From the IMG/VR virus record IMGVR_UViG_3300010220_000093, positions 1 to 64,000 of that record: 64,000 nucleotides of DNA. The stretch is one strand, 5' to 3'. The position numbers and the translations under genes were made by a program. Under the pieces are notes generated by a model. That model did no database searches, was not told the DNA's origin, and worked only from the letters and a program-made list of their open reading frames with translations. This stretch comes from an uncultured virus (IMG/VR IMGVR_UViG_3300010220_000093). Taxonomy: Duplodnaviria > Heunggongvirae > Uroviricota > Caudoviricetes. This document shows positions 48,020 to 57,103 of the stretch, piece by piece (positions within the stretch are counted from its first letter, which is position 1; each line of letters begins with the position of its first letter).

Positions 48020-48589
48020 ATGACCACACCGTCCGACACCCAGTCCCTGATCCTCGCTCGTGCCGCGACCCGGCCCGGCAATCTCGCCCTGCCTCTGCCC
48101 GAGGGGCTGGTCGGCGCCGCCGCCAGGATGGTCGTCGGCAAGATGATTGCCCGCGGCTGGCTCGAGGAGGTCGAGGCGAACCTGCGCCGCGGCGAACCGA
48201 TGTGGCGCGAGACCGGCGACGGACATGGCACCACGCTGATCGCCACCGAGGCCGGGATGGAGGCCATCGGGATCGAGCCGGTGGCGGCCAGCGCCGTCGC
48301 CAATGTGCGGAAGGCGAGGCCGCAGCCGGAACCGGTGCAGATGCCCTGCGACGGCGAAACCGTGAAACCCGTCGCCATCCGCGCTGGCACCAAGCAGGCG
48401 CAGATCGTCACCATGCTCCAGCGCCCCGAGGGAGCGACGGTCGCCGAGATTGTCGCGGCGACCGGATGGTTGGCGCACACGGTCAGGGGCTCGATCTCTG
48501 GTGCCCTGAAGAAAAAGCTGGGTCTGCCCATCGCAGCGGAGAAGGTCGAGGGCAGGGGGATGGTGTACCGGCTCGCCGAAGGTAGCTGA
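48020..48589 (+). CDS. DUF3489-family wHTH protein
   Basis: GTKQA...ML.RPEGAT..EI..ATGW..HTVRG.ISGALKKKLGL; GGAGG RBS before ATG 48020. Confidence 0.85.
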   Translation: MTTPSDTQSLILARAATRPGNLALPLPEGLVGAAARMVVGKMIARGWLEEVEANLRRGEPMWRETGDGHGTTLIATEAGMEAIGIEPVAASAVANVRKARPQPEPVQMPCDGETVKPVAIRAGTKQAQIVTMLQRPEGATVAEIVAATGWLAHTVRGSISGALKKKLGLPIAAEKVEGRGMVYRLAEGS

Positions 48590-48593
48590 TCGA

Positions 48594-49676
48594 TCAGCAG
48601 TAGTCGTCCATGCAGTCGTCGTAACTGTCGCCGGTCAGTTCACAGAAAGTCTTGAGGGCCCCCTGCAGGGTAAAATACTGGTGTTCGCTGCGGTGGTAAA
48701 AGAATTCGCCGCGGACACCGACATGTGCGACCGCCCAGTCCTTGATCGCATTGTCGCTAGGATCGTGCGTAAGGACAACGAGGCTGTCCTCGGTCATGCC
48801 ATGTTGCACGACCAAACTCTGGTAGAGATGGTTTCGTGCGAAAACACGGCCGAATTTCAGGTTCTCCGCGTAGCGCTGCAGGGCGTCCTCTGTAACTGCT
48901 TCGGGGCAAAGGGGGAATTCTGTCGGCACCTTCCATTTGACCTGCACGACTGACGGCGTCAGCGACTCATATTCTTCCGGCGGTGGTTCATAGCTCGCCC
49001 GCTCTCTTGTCCCATAAAGCCACTCGCCCAGCGCGCCACCGCTTGGGACAGAACCGCTCTTTGCCCATTCCTGCAAACGTGCTTTTGCGGCTGCCGCCTC
49101 GTCCTTCGACAAGGTGCGCATCCAGGATATGTCGGGAAACACCTTATCGGTCTGGACCCGGTTGGGGTCAGCGAAGAAGGCTTCAATCGAGCCGTAGACC
49201 AGTTCGATTCGCCGAGCAGAGATTTCGTTGAGCAGGACGTTTTCCAGCCGCGTGACCCACCGCAGGTTTTCCGGCCGATTGTTCGCCCTGTTCGTGTCGA
49301 TGTGATCAACTACATGACGGTCAGTGGGCGGCTCGCCATGAAACGCCCAACAGATGATCCGATGAACGGGCACGCCGCTCAGATACATGTAGCCAGTCGA
49401 CAACCCCTGCCGCCCAAAAGTCCATTGGTCATCAAGCGGTCTGGTCTTCTGCCGTTTCTGGTGCAGACGATGCGCAGAACCATTGTCTCGAACCCGATAC
49501 CGCTCGCCCCGGTATTCGACCTCCACCTCGCGTTCAAAGATATCAATGAGTTGGTCGGCTTTGCCGGGGGATGAAAGGGAAGGGCTACGCATCAACGGCT
49601 CCGGTGAAATTCGACTACTCAAGTACCGAAGGCGGCAGGCCGATTTTCCATTCTCCTTCTGGGCGAACATTCGCAA
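48594..49676 (-). CDS. HNH endonuclease with C-terminal extension
   Basis: VHRIICWAFHG...VDHIDTNRANNRPENLRWVT; start uncertain. Confidence 0.8.
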   Translation of the reverse strand: MRMFAQKENGKSACRLRYLSSRISPEPLMRSPSLSSPGKADQLIDIFEREVEVEYRGERYRVRDNGSAHRLHQKRQKTRPLDDQWTFGRQGLSTGYMYLSGVPVHRIICWAFHGEPPTDRHVVDHIDTNRANNRPENLRWVTRLENVLLNEISARRIELVYGSIEAFFADPNRVQTDKVFPDISWMRTLSKDEAAAAKARLQEWAKSGSVPSGGALGEWLYGTRERASYEPPPEEYESLTPSVVQVKWKVPTEFPLCPEAVTEDALQRYAENLKFGRVFARNHLYQSLVVQHGMTEDSLVVLTHDPSDNAIKDWAVAHVGVRGEFFYHRSEHQYFTLQGALKTFCELTGDSYDDCMDDYC

Positions 49677-49691
49677 GTTCGGGCCAACTGG

Positions 49692-51014
49692 TCAATCGCG
49701 GCTGGCTTTCCTCCCCGTCGCCAACTCCCACCGCCGCACGGCGACGTCGCAATAGATCGGGTCCAGTTCCACCGCGCAGCACCGCCGCCCGGTGCGTTCC
49801 GCGGCGATCAGCTGGGTGCCGGAGCCGCAGAAGGGTTCAAACACCAGGTCGCCGGGATCGGTGAAAGCCTCCAGCACCGCCTCCACCAGCGCCACCGGGA
49901 AGACGGCGGGGTGCGACCCGGCGGCGCCCAGCCCGCCCTTGTGGCGCATGATGCGGAACACGCTGTCCGGGATACGGTGGGTCTGGATCGCGTTCCCGTA
50001 GCCGGTCTTGCGGTGAACCGTGCCGTCGGCCCCGCGCAGGCCGCCGCCGCCCAGTGTTTCGCCCGCGTGCTTGCTCGCCACCGTCTTGTTCGGCTTTCGG
50101 GGCTGGCGGTTGAAGTGGAAGATGAACTCGTGGGACGGGGCGAGGCGCCCGTTCCAGTCGCCGGGCAGGCCGGGCCCCTGGTCCCAGACATACCAGCCGA
50201 AGCGCCGCCAGCCCTGCGCGCGCATCCAGTCGACCCAGCCGTCCCAATACGGGATCCACTCACCATCGCGATGCACAAGGCCGAGGTTGACCAGCAGCTG
50301 GGCATCGGCGGTGACGGGCGCTGCTGCGAAGACGCCCTGCATCAGCGCATCCCAATCGCCGACCTTCTCCTTCGCCGCGCCATAGTCGCGCTGCTGGGCA
50401 TAGGGTGGCGAGGTGAACATGAGCGACGCCTGTGCCCCGTCCATCAGCCGGGCCACCACGGCCGGGTCGGTGGCATCGCCGCAGATCAGCCGGTGATGCC
50501 CGAGCCGCCAGATGTCGCCGGGCTTCGTGATGGGTTCGACCGGAGCTTCGGGGATGGTGTCGGCGGTGTCGTCGTCGATGGGCGCGCGGTCGTCGGCATC
50601 GTGCAGCAGGGCGTCCAGTTCGTCCTCGGGGATCCCGATCAGCCCGAGGTCAAAATCCTCGGCCATCAGCCCGCGCAGTTCCTCGAGCAGAAGCGTCTCG
50701 TCCCATCCGCCCAGTTCGGTCAGCTTGTTGTCGGCGATCCGGTAGGCGCGGCGCTGCGCCTCGGTCAGATGGCCCAGCACGATGACCGGCGCCTCTGCCA
50801 GCCCGAGCCGGGTCGCGGCCAGAACACGGCCGTGGCCTGCGATCAACTCGCCGTCTGCGGCGACCAGGCAGGGGACGGTCCAGCCGAACTCGGCCATGCT
50901 GGCGGCGATCTTGGCCACCTGATCGGCATCGTGAGTCTTGGCATTGCGGGCGTAGGGTCGAAGACGGGCGAGGGGCCAGTGTTCGATCCGGCCGGGCAGG
51001 AGGGGCGCATTCAT
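49692..51014 (-). CDS. ParB-N / DNA methyltransferase (N4/N6)
   Basis: IAGHGR, IADNK; TSPPY; HPAVFP; EPFCGSGT; start 51014. Confidence 0.9.
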   Translation of the reverse strand: MNAPLLPGRIEHWPLARLRPYARNAKTHDADQVAKIAASMAEFGWTVPCLVAADGELIAGHGRVLAATRLGLAEAPVIVLGHLTEAQRRAYRIADNKLTELGGWDETLLLEELRGLMAEDFDLGLIGIPEDELDALLHDADDRAPIDDDTADTIPEAPVEPITKPGDIWRLGHHRLICGDATDPAVVARLMDGAQASLMFTSPPYAQQRDYGAAKEKVGDWDALMQGVFAAAPVTADAQLLVNLGLVHRDGEWIPYWDGWVDWMRAQGWRRFGWYVWDQGPGLPGDWNGRLAPSHEFIFHFNRQPRKPNKTVASKHAGETLGGGGLRGADGTVHRKTGYGNAIQTHRIPDSVFRIMRHKGGLGAAGSHPAVFPVALVEAVLEAFTDPGDLVFEPFCGSGTQLIAAERTGRRCCAVELDPIYCDVAVRRWELATGRKASRD

Positions 51015-52273
51015 GCCGCGAGCCGTTTGGCCTTGAGGGCGGCGAAGGTCTCGCCGGTTTCCGCCAGCACGGCCTCCTGACCCGTGAATGACTGCCAGCG
51101 CTCGATGGCCACGTCGACATAGGCTGGGTTCAACTCGATCCCGAAGCACACCCGCCCCGTCGTCTCGGCTGCGATTAGCGTGGTGCCAGATCCCATGAAG
51201 GGTTCATAGACCGCTTGGCCGGGGCTGGAATTGTTCAGGATCGGCCGCCGCATGCATTCGACCGGCTTCTGCGTGCCGTGGACCGTATCGGCGTCCTGAT
51301 CCCGGTTGGCGATCTGCCACAGCGTGGTCTGTTTGCGGTCCCCCGCCCAATGGCCCTTGCCCTTGGCACGCACCGCATACCAGCAAGGTTCGTGCTGCCA
51401 GTGGTAATCGCCGCGGCTGAGGACCAGCCGGTCCTTCGCCCAGATGATCTGCGACCGGATGGCGAAGCCCGCAGCGGTCAGGCTGTCGGCCACGGTTGCG
51501 GCATGCAGCGCACCGTGCCAGACGTAGGCCACGTCTCCGGGGAACAGCGCCCATGCTTCGCGCCAGTCGGCCCGGTCGTCGTTCAGCACCTTGCCGGTGC
51601 GTTTGGTCTTGGCCGCGCCCGCGGCGTTGCGCCAAGAGGGGTCATACTCGACGCCATAGGGCGGGTCGGTGACCATCAGCAGGGGCCGCACATCGCCCAG
51701 CAGCCGCCCGACCACATCGGCCGCAGTGCTGTCGCCGCAGATCAGTCGATGCGCGCCCAGCTTCCAGAGATCGCCCGACACCGACACCGGTGAGACCGGC
51801 AGCTCGGGAACATCCTCCTCGCCCTCGACCGGACCATCGCCGCCCAGCGCCTCGGGATCCCGCAGTAGCGCGTCGAGGTCATCGTCGCTGATGCCGAGCA
51901 GGGTCAGGTCGAAATCCTCAGCCAGCAGCCCCGCGATCTCGTCGCGCAGCAGGGCTTCGTCCCATTCGCCCAGTTCGGTCAGCTTGTTGTCGGCGATTCG
52001 GTAGGCCCGGCGTTCCGCCTCGTCGAGATGGCTGAGCCGGATCACCGGCACCTCGGTCAGCCCCAGCATGGTCGCGGCCAGCACCCGGCCATGGCCCGCG
52101 ATCAGCTCGCCGTCGTCGGCCACTATGCAGGGCACAGTCCAGCCGAACTTGGCCATGCTGGCGGCGATCTTGGCCACCTGATCGTCGCCATGCATCTTGG
52201 CATTGCGGGCATAGGGGCGCAGCCGGGCAATCGGCCAGGATTCAACCTGGCGCGGCGCGAAGACGAGGTCCAT
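51011..52273 (-). CDS. ParB-N / DNA methyltransferase (N6)
   Basis: IAGHGR, IADNK; TDPPY; HGTQKPV; EPFMGSGT. Confidence 0.92.
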   Translation of the reverse strand: MDLVFAPRQVESWPIARLRPYARNAKMHGDDQVAKIAASMAKFGWTVPCIVADDGELIAGHGRVLAATMLGLTEVPVIRLSHLDEAERRAYRIADNKLTELGEWDEALLRDEIAGLLAEDFDLTLLGISDDDLDALLRDPEALGGDGPVEGEEDVPELPVSPVSVSGDLWKLGAHRLICGDSTAADVVGRLLGDVRPLLMVTDPPYGVEYDPSWRNAAGAAKTKRTGKVLNDDRADWREAWALFPGDVAYVWHGALHAATVADSLTAAGFAIRSQIIWAKDRLVLSRGDYHWQHEPCWYAVRAKGKGHWAGDRKQTTLWQIANRDQDADTVHGTQKPVECMRRPILNNSSPGQAVYEPFMGSGTTLIAAETTGRVCFGIELNPAYVDVAIERWQSFTGQEAVLAETGETFAALKAKRLAA

Positions 52274-52301
52274 GGGATAGGGCTCGGGATGTGGGGGATG
52301 G

Positions 52302-52338
52302 AAATGAAAAGCGCCCGCGAGGGGGTTCCTCTGGGCGC
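52302..52338 (-). terminator. Intrinsic terminator-like hairpin ahead of the late operon
   Basis: Minus strand GCGCCC...GGGCGC followed by TTTTCATTT. Confidence 0.5.
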
Positions 52339-52459
52339 AATTCTTCGATGATCAAGGGGTAGGTCAATGGGGGCAGGTCTGTCAACCCAAAAAATGAAGC
52401 GGATTCAATTGTTTCTGCCGATTCCCGGTTTTGGCCTGCTGCGTGGACTCCGGCCCCTG

Positions 52460-53215
52460 TTATTGTGCCGTGTAGCCGCCATCGACGAGGTGGTAGGAGC
52501 CCGTGATGAAGCTGGCCCGTTCAGAAAGCAGGAAGACGATCAGCGCGGCCACCTCTTCTGACCGGCCGAGACGGTTCAGGGCGTGTTTGCCCTCGAGGAA
52601 CTTGAGCGTAGCCTCATCCAGTGCATTGGCGACCAGCGGTGTGTGGATGAAGCCGGGACCGACGGAATTGACCCGCACCCCGTCCGCGGCATGTTCGAGG
52701 GCCGCGTTCTTTGTCGCGCCGACGACCGCGTGCTTGGCACTGACATAAGCAGTGGAATTGGCAAAGCCGACCGAGCCGAGGATGGAGGCCACGTTCACCA
52801 CCGCGCCGCCGCCTGCCTTCTCAATCTCAGGGATGGCAAAACGCATGCCGTAGAAAACGCCAGACAGGTTGATGTCGATGACCTTCTGCCAGCCCTCGAG
52901 GTCATAGCTGCCGGTCGGGGCTGCAGGCCCACCAATTCCGGCGTTGTTGACGATGCCGTAAAGCGCGCCGGTCTTTGCCACGGCGAAATCGACCATGGCT
53001 TTCACCTGATCGGCCTTGGCCACATCGACGGCGAAGGGATAGGCCTTCCCGCCCTTGTCAGTGATGCCCTTCACCACCTGTTCGGCATGCTCGAGGTTGA
53101 GGTCCGCGACGACGACGGTTGCGCCACTGCTGGCCAATTCCTCTGCCGTGGCTGCCCCGATGCCTGAGCCGCCACCGGTGACGATCACCGTCTTGCCGTC
53201 AAAACGCAGATCCAT
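52460..53215 (-). CDS. Classical SDR oxidoreductase (cargo)
   Basis: TGGGSGIG, NNAGI, YVSAK, VDGGY; GGAGG RBS. Confidence 0.93.
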   Translation of the reverse strand: MDLRFDGKTVIVTGGGSGIGAATAEELASSGATVVVADLNLEHAEQVVKGITDKGGKAYPFAVDVAKADQVKAMVDFAVAKTGALYGIVNNAGIGGPAAPTGSYDLEGWQKVIDINLSGVFYGMRFAIPEIEKAGGGAVVNVASILGSVGFANSTAYVSAKHAVVGATKNAALEHAADGVRVNSVGPGFIHTPLVANALDEATLKFLEGKHALNRLGRSEEVAALIVFLLSERASFITGSYHLVDGGYTAQ

Positions 53216-53315
53216 GCTTTCCTCCTTGGCCTGCTATTTGTTCGTGGTCACAGGATAGTCCGCCAATCGGGAGAATGTCACGCTGTGCGGGTAGGAGCGA
53301 TAAGAATGTCTGTCA

Positions 53316-53540
53316 GGATTCCGTGCCGGGTGGATTCCGGGAGCTGGCCAAGGTGGATTCCGCATAAGAATCCAGCACATCCAGATCGTGATTTTACAAA
53401 CGTTTGATATTTAATGATTAAAAATCACGACCTCCGCGCGCTGGATTCCAAGTGGATTCCCCGGTGAAACTGCCTGTCGCTAGCGGAATGCCGCGCTGCG
53501 CCCCCCCGCATACGTTCAGGGCCGGGGAGGAACCAGATGA
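53316..53540. repeat. GGATTC repeat cluster with AT-rich inverted repeat; possible packaging (cos-like) site
   Basis: GGATTCC at 53316, 53332, 53355, 53443, 53454; inverted GAATCCA at 53368; TCGTGATTTT/AAAATCACGA at 53386/53421. Confidence 0.55.
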
Positions 53541-53958
53541 GGGGGGGCTCGGCTCTCCAGTGCCGGCAACATGTGCCATTCGATGTAAGTGGGGGTGCAC
53601 TAAACCCTGTGTAGGGAGTTTCGAGCGCCCCGCGCGACCGGAAACCTGTGTTGATCGATTCGTGCAAGGGGTGCGGTGCTCGGAGGGACTGCGGTCTAGG
53701 TGGAGCAACGCGGCCTTCGGGAAGCAACCCAAGATCTGACATGACAGGAGGTCTTCGAGTGAATCGACCACTGCGAAGGGTTCCGGTTCCTTGTCGACGC
53801 CCTTCGATCAATTCGCCGGGGCCCCCAAAATCCATCTCTTCACTAGGGGTTACGGGTTGGTTTCTGGAAGCGCATCCTATACCGTCTTGGTTGTGAGCGG
53901 ACGAGCCCTCGGTAAGCGACTGGACGCACAGCCTTGAGGCGCAAAAAAGGGAAGCGCC

Positions 53959-56900
53959 ATGCCCAAACGGGAGAGCAACAGAACAGGCAGTGAACTGTTC
54001 ATTGTGGATAACAGCGCGGACGACTGGAAAGCACTTCGATATCTCAACGATTGGTGTCAGCTTTCAAAATCAATCGATATTGCAACGGGTTATTTTGAAA
54101 TCGGGGCACTTCTTGCCTTGGGCGATGAATGGCGAAAAGTCGATCACATACGGATACTTATGGGTGACGAGGTCTCAAAGCGGACCAAGCGCGCTTTTGA
54201 AACCGGACTTCGGGACATTGTTGCTCGACTTGATGCAAGCATTGAGGGTGAGAAGGAGAAGAACCACTTTCTGAAGGGCGTTGAGGCCATAGTAGACGGC
54301 ATTCGGAACGGAAAAATTGAATGCCGTGTCTACAGGAAAGACAAGTTTCATGCAAAAGCCTACATCACGCACGCACGTTTAGAGGTGATTGGTTCCTCCG
54401 CGCTGGTCGGATCATCGAATTTTACAGTGCCGGGGCTGACCCAAAATATTGAGCTGAACGTCCAGATTACCGGAACGCCGGTTTCTGTGCTGCAGGAATG
54501 GTACGAAGAGCGCTGGGAGGAGGCTGAAGAAGTTTCGCCAGAGGTCTTGAAGACCATTGAACGCCATACTCGCGACTTCTCCCCGTTTGAAGTCTACGGT
54601 CGATCGCTCCAGCTTTACTTTTCCGGCCATGAAGAGACTGCGAGCGAGTGGGAAATGAACTCGTCTCGAATATATCCCGTCCTTGCCAAGTACCAGCGTG
54701 ACGGATACGGCGGGCTCTTGAAGCGCGCCGCAAAGTACAGGGGAGCCTTCCTATGTGACGGCGTGGGTCTTGGAAAGACCTTCATCGGACTCATGCTGAT
54801 CGAACGTTTCGTGCAGTACGAGAACAAGAACGTAGCGCTGTTCGTACCCAAGTCTGCCAAGTCACCCGTTTGGGAGCGCGAACTGCGAAATCGCCTGCCA
54901 GATGTGTTCAAAGGTTTCAGCCGCCTAAAGATTTTCAGTCACACAGACCTGATGCGTGACAGCATGCAGGAAGAGCTGGACCAGGTTGCCTCCCAGGCCG
55001 ACGTCATAATCATCGATGAGGCGCACCATTTCCGAAACACAGGGACGAAAGGCGACGAAGGGCCCAAGCGGAAGTCGCGTTACTGGCGTCTTTTTGACAT
55101 TGCCGCCGGAAAGGACATGTACCTGTTAACGGCGACGCCAATCAACAACAGCTTGCTGGACTTTCAGCACATGGTCGAGTTGTTTAGTCGCCTTCGCCCT
55201 GATCATTTCGCTGAGGCACCACTTGGGATACACTCGCTATCAGGTCACATTCGACAGCTTGAAAAATCGATAGAGCGTCAGCTTAGAACATCCGGAGACG
55301 AGGAAGTATCCGAGATCAATATTGCCGAGGTTGGCGACCTATTCTCAACGGACTCACTCTTTGATGCGCTCGTTGTGCAGCGAAGCCGAAGCTATGTGAA
55401 AGCGAGCATCCAGAGAGAGGTAGGTTCGCAGATTGTTTTCCCCGAGCCTCGCAAGCCCAAGGTGGCCCACTACTCGGTCAAGCAGACTTACGGAAAGTTG
55501 CTTGAGATGGTTGCAGATGCGTTTCACAAGCGTGTCCCCCTGTTCACCTTGGGGATTTACAACCCATACGCATACTACAAGGGCAGCGATCCTGACATCA
55601 TTCCGGCATTGGAAAAGGGGCGTCGGAAGCAGGTTGTCGCCCTCATTAGGACGAACTTCCTGAAGCGTTTTGAGAGTTCCGCAGAGGCGTTTCGCCTTTC
55701 TTGCTGGCGACTGCTTCAGAAGCTCCTGGCATGGCTTGACGTGAACGCTTCGTCAGATCACGAACGAGAGGCTGTAGAGCGGTGGAAGCGACGCAATGCG
55801 AAGCTGATAGGTTACAAGCCGCAGCTTGATTTCTTGGATGAAGACGAGGACGAAGAAGACCTGTATCCGGAAGAGCTCAGGGCCGCGGTGGAGAAGCTGT
55901 CGCGCGATGAATTCGACGTCGAGAAGATCGTCCATGATAGTATTCAGGACTTGGATCAGCTTGCAGATTTTCTGAACGAGCTTGAAAAGTTCAAACCGTC
56001 TCAGGACAAGAAGCTGACGGAGCTTCTGAAGTTGCTGAGGAGCGATCCCGTCCTCAAAGATCAGAAGGTTATCATCTTCTCCGAGTTCGGTGAGACCGCT
56101 CGGTACCTAGCAGCGCAGTTGCAGGCGGCCGGGATCGAAGGGGTGGACCAGATTGACAGCGGCACCAAAGGCGACCGGTCTCAGGTCATCCAGCGGTTTG
56201 CGCCATACTACAACGAGTCCAGTTCGACTGATCTCGCGAAGCGCGGGCTGCAGGAAATTCGGGTCTTGATTTCGACCGATGTGCTTTCTGAAGGGCTCAA
56301 CCTTCAGGATGCGACGCGCTTGATCAACTATGACCTTCACTGGAACCCCGTGCGGCTGATGCAGCGCATCGGCCGGGTAGACCGGCGCATGAACCCGGCG
56401 ATCGAAGCGCGAATTCTCGCTGATCATCCCGATCAGAAGGACCTCCGTGGAACGGTCGGCTACTGGAACTTCCTGCCGCCGGAGGAACTGGACGATCTCC
56501 TTCGCCTCTACAACCGGGTGTCGCATAAGACGCTGCGCATTTCTAAGACCCTAGGCATCGAAGGCAAGAAGCTCCTCAAGGAAGATGACGACTACGAGGA
56601 TCTCCGCAACTTCAGCGAACAGTACGAGGGCACGGCGAGCCCCGACGAACAGATGCACCTGGAATGGCAGGACTTGATCCACGAAAAGCCGGATCTCGAG
56701 GCGGCCCTTGCTGCGCTGCCCGATGCGATCTACTCGGGGAAACGTCACACCAAGAAGGGCGCCCGCGGGGTGTTCTTCTGTTACGCTCGACCCGCGTTTG
56801 ATCGCGAAAGAGCCGAACGAGAAGAGCAAGACGTCTGGTCGACGGAAGCCGGTGACGTCAAATGGTATCTGGTCGACTTCGAGTCTGAAGCCGTCGTCGA

Positions 56901-57090
56901 AGATGCCGCGCGGATCGTTGAGATCATTCGCAGCACGCCAGACACACCGCGTGTCGTCGTTCTCGATCGCGATCGGCTGTCCGAGGTTCGCAAGGCCGTG
57001 GAAAAGCACATCGCCAAGACATACTTGCGAAAAGTTCAGGCTCCGGTCGGCGTGAAGCCGGTCCTGAAGGCTTGGATGGAACTGAACTGA
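53959..57090 (+). CDS. PLD-nuclease / SNF2-like helicase fusion
   Basis: FHAKAY...GSSNFT..GL..NIELN; CDGVGLGKT, IDEAHH, LTATP, SEGLNL, QRIGRVDR. Confidence 0.9.
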   Translation: MPKRESNRTGSELFIVDNSADDWKALRYLNDWCQLSKSIDIATGYFEIGALLALGDEWRKVDHIRILMGDEVSKRTKRAFETGLRDIVARLDASIEGEKEKNHFLKGVEAIVDGIRNGKIECRVYRKDKFHAKAYITHARLEVIGSSALVGSSNFTVPGLTQNIELNVQITGTPVSVLQEWYEERWEEAEEVSPEVLKTIERHTRDFSPFEVYGRSLQLYFSGHEETASEWEMNSSRIYPVLAKYQRDGYGGLLKRAAKYRGAFLCDGVGLGKTFIGLMLIERFVQYENKNVALFVPKSAKSPVWERELRNRLPDVFKGFSRLKIFSHTDLMRDSMQEELDQVASQADVIIIDEAHHFRNTGTKGDEGPKRKSRYWRLFDIAAGKDMYLLTATPINNSLLDFQHMVELFSRLRPDHFAEAPLGIHSLSGHIRQLEKSIERQLRTSGDEEVSEINIAEVGDLFSTDSLFDALVVQRSRSYVKASIQREVGSQIVFPEPRKPKVAHYSVKQTYGKLLEMVADAFHKRVPLFTLGIYNPYAYYKGSDPDIIPALEKGRRKQVVALIRTNFLKRFESSAEAFRLSCWRLLQKLLAWLDVNASSDHEREAVERWKRRNAKLIGYKPQLDFLDEDEDEEDLYPEELRAAVEKLSRDEFDVEKIVHDSIQDLDQLADFLNELEKFKPSQDKKLTELLKLLRSDPVLKDQKVIIFSEFGETARYLAAQLQAAGIEGVDQIDSGTKGDRSQVIQRFAPYYNESSSTDLAKRGLQEIRVLISTDVLSEGLNLQDATRLINYDLHWNPVRLMQRIGRVDRRMNPAIEARILADHPDQKDLRGTVGYWNFLPPEELDDLLRLYNRVSHKTLRISKTLGIEGKKLLKEDDDYEDLRNFSEQYEGTASPDEQMHLEWQDLIHEKPDLEAALAALPDAIYSGKRHTKKGARGVFFCYARPAFDRERAEREEQDVWSTEAGDVKWYLVDFESEAVVEDAARIVEIIRSTPDTPRVVVLDRDRLSEVRKAVEKHIAKTYLRKVQAPVGVKPVLKAWMELN

Positions 57091-57103
57091 GGGTAGTGAT
57101 CTG

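Larger units (their letters stand above)
25651..53540 (-). mobile_element. Lambda-like siphovirus prophage late region
   Basis: Contiguous terminase-portal-protease-capsid-tail-lysis order; no integrase or replication genes in the window; ends approximate. Confidence 0.9.
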
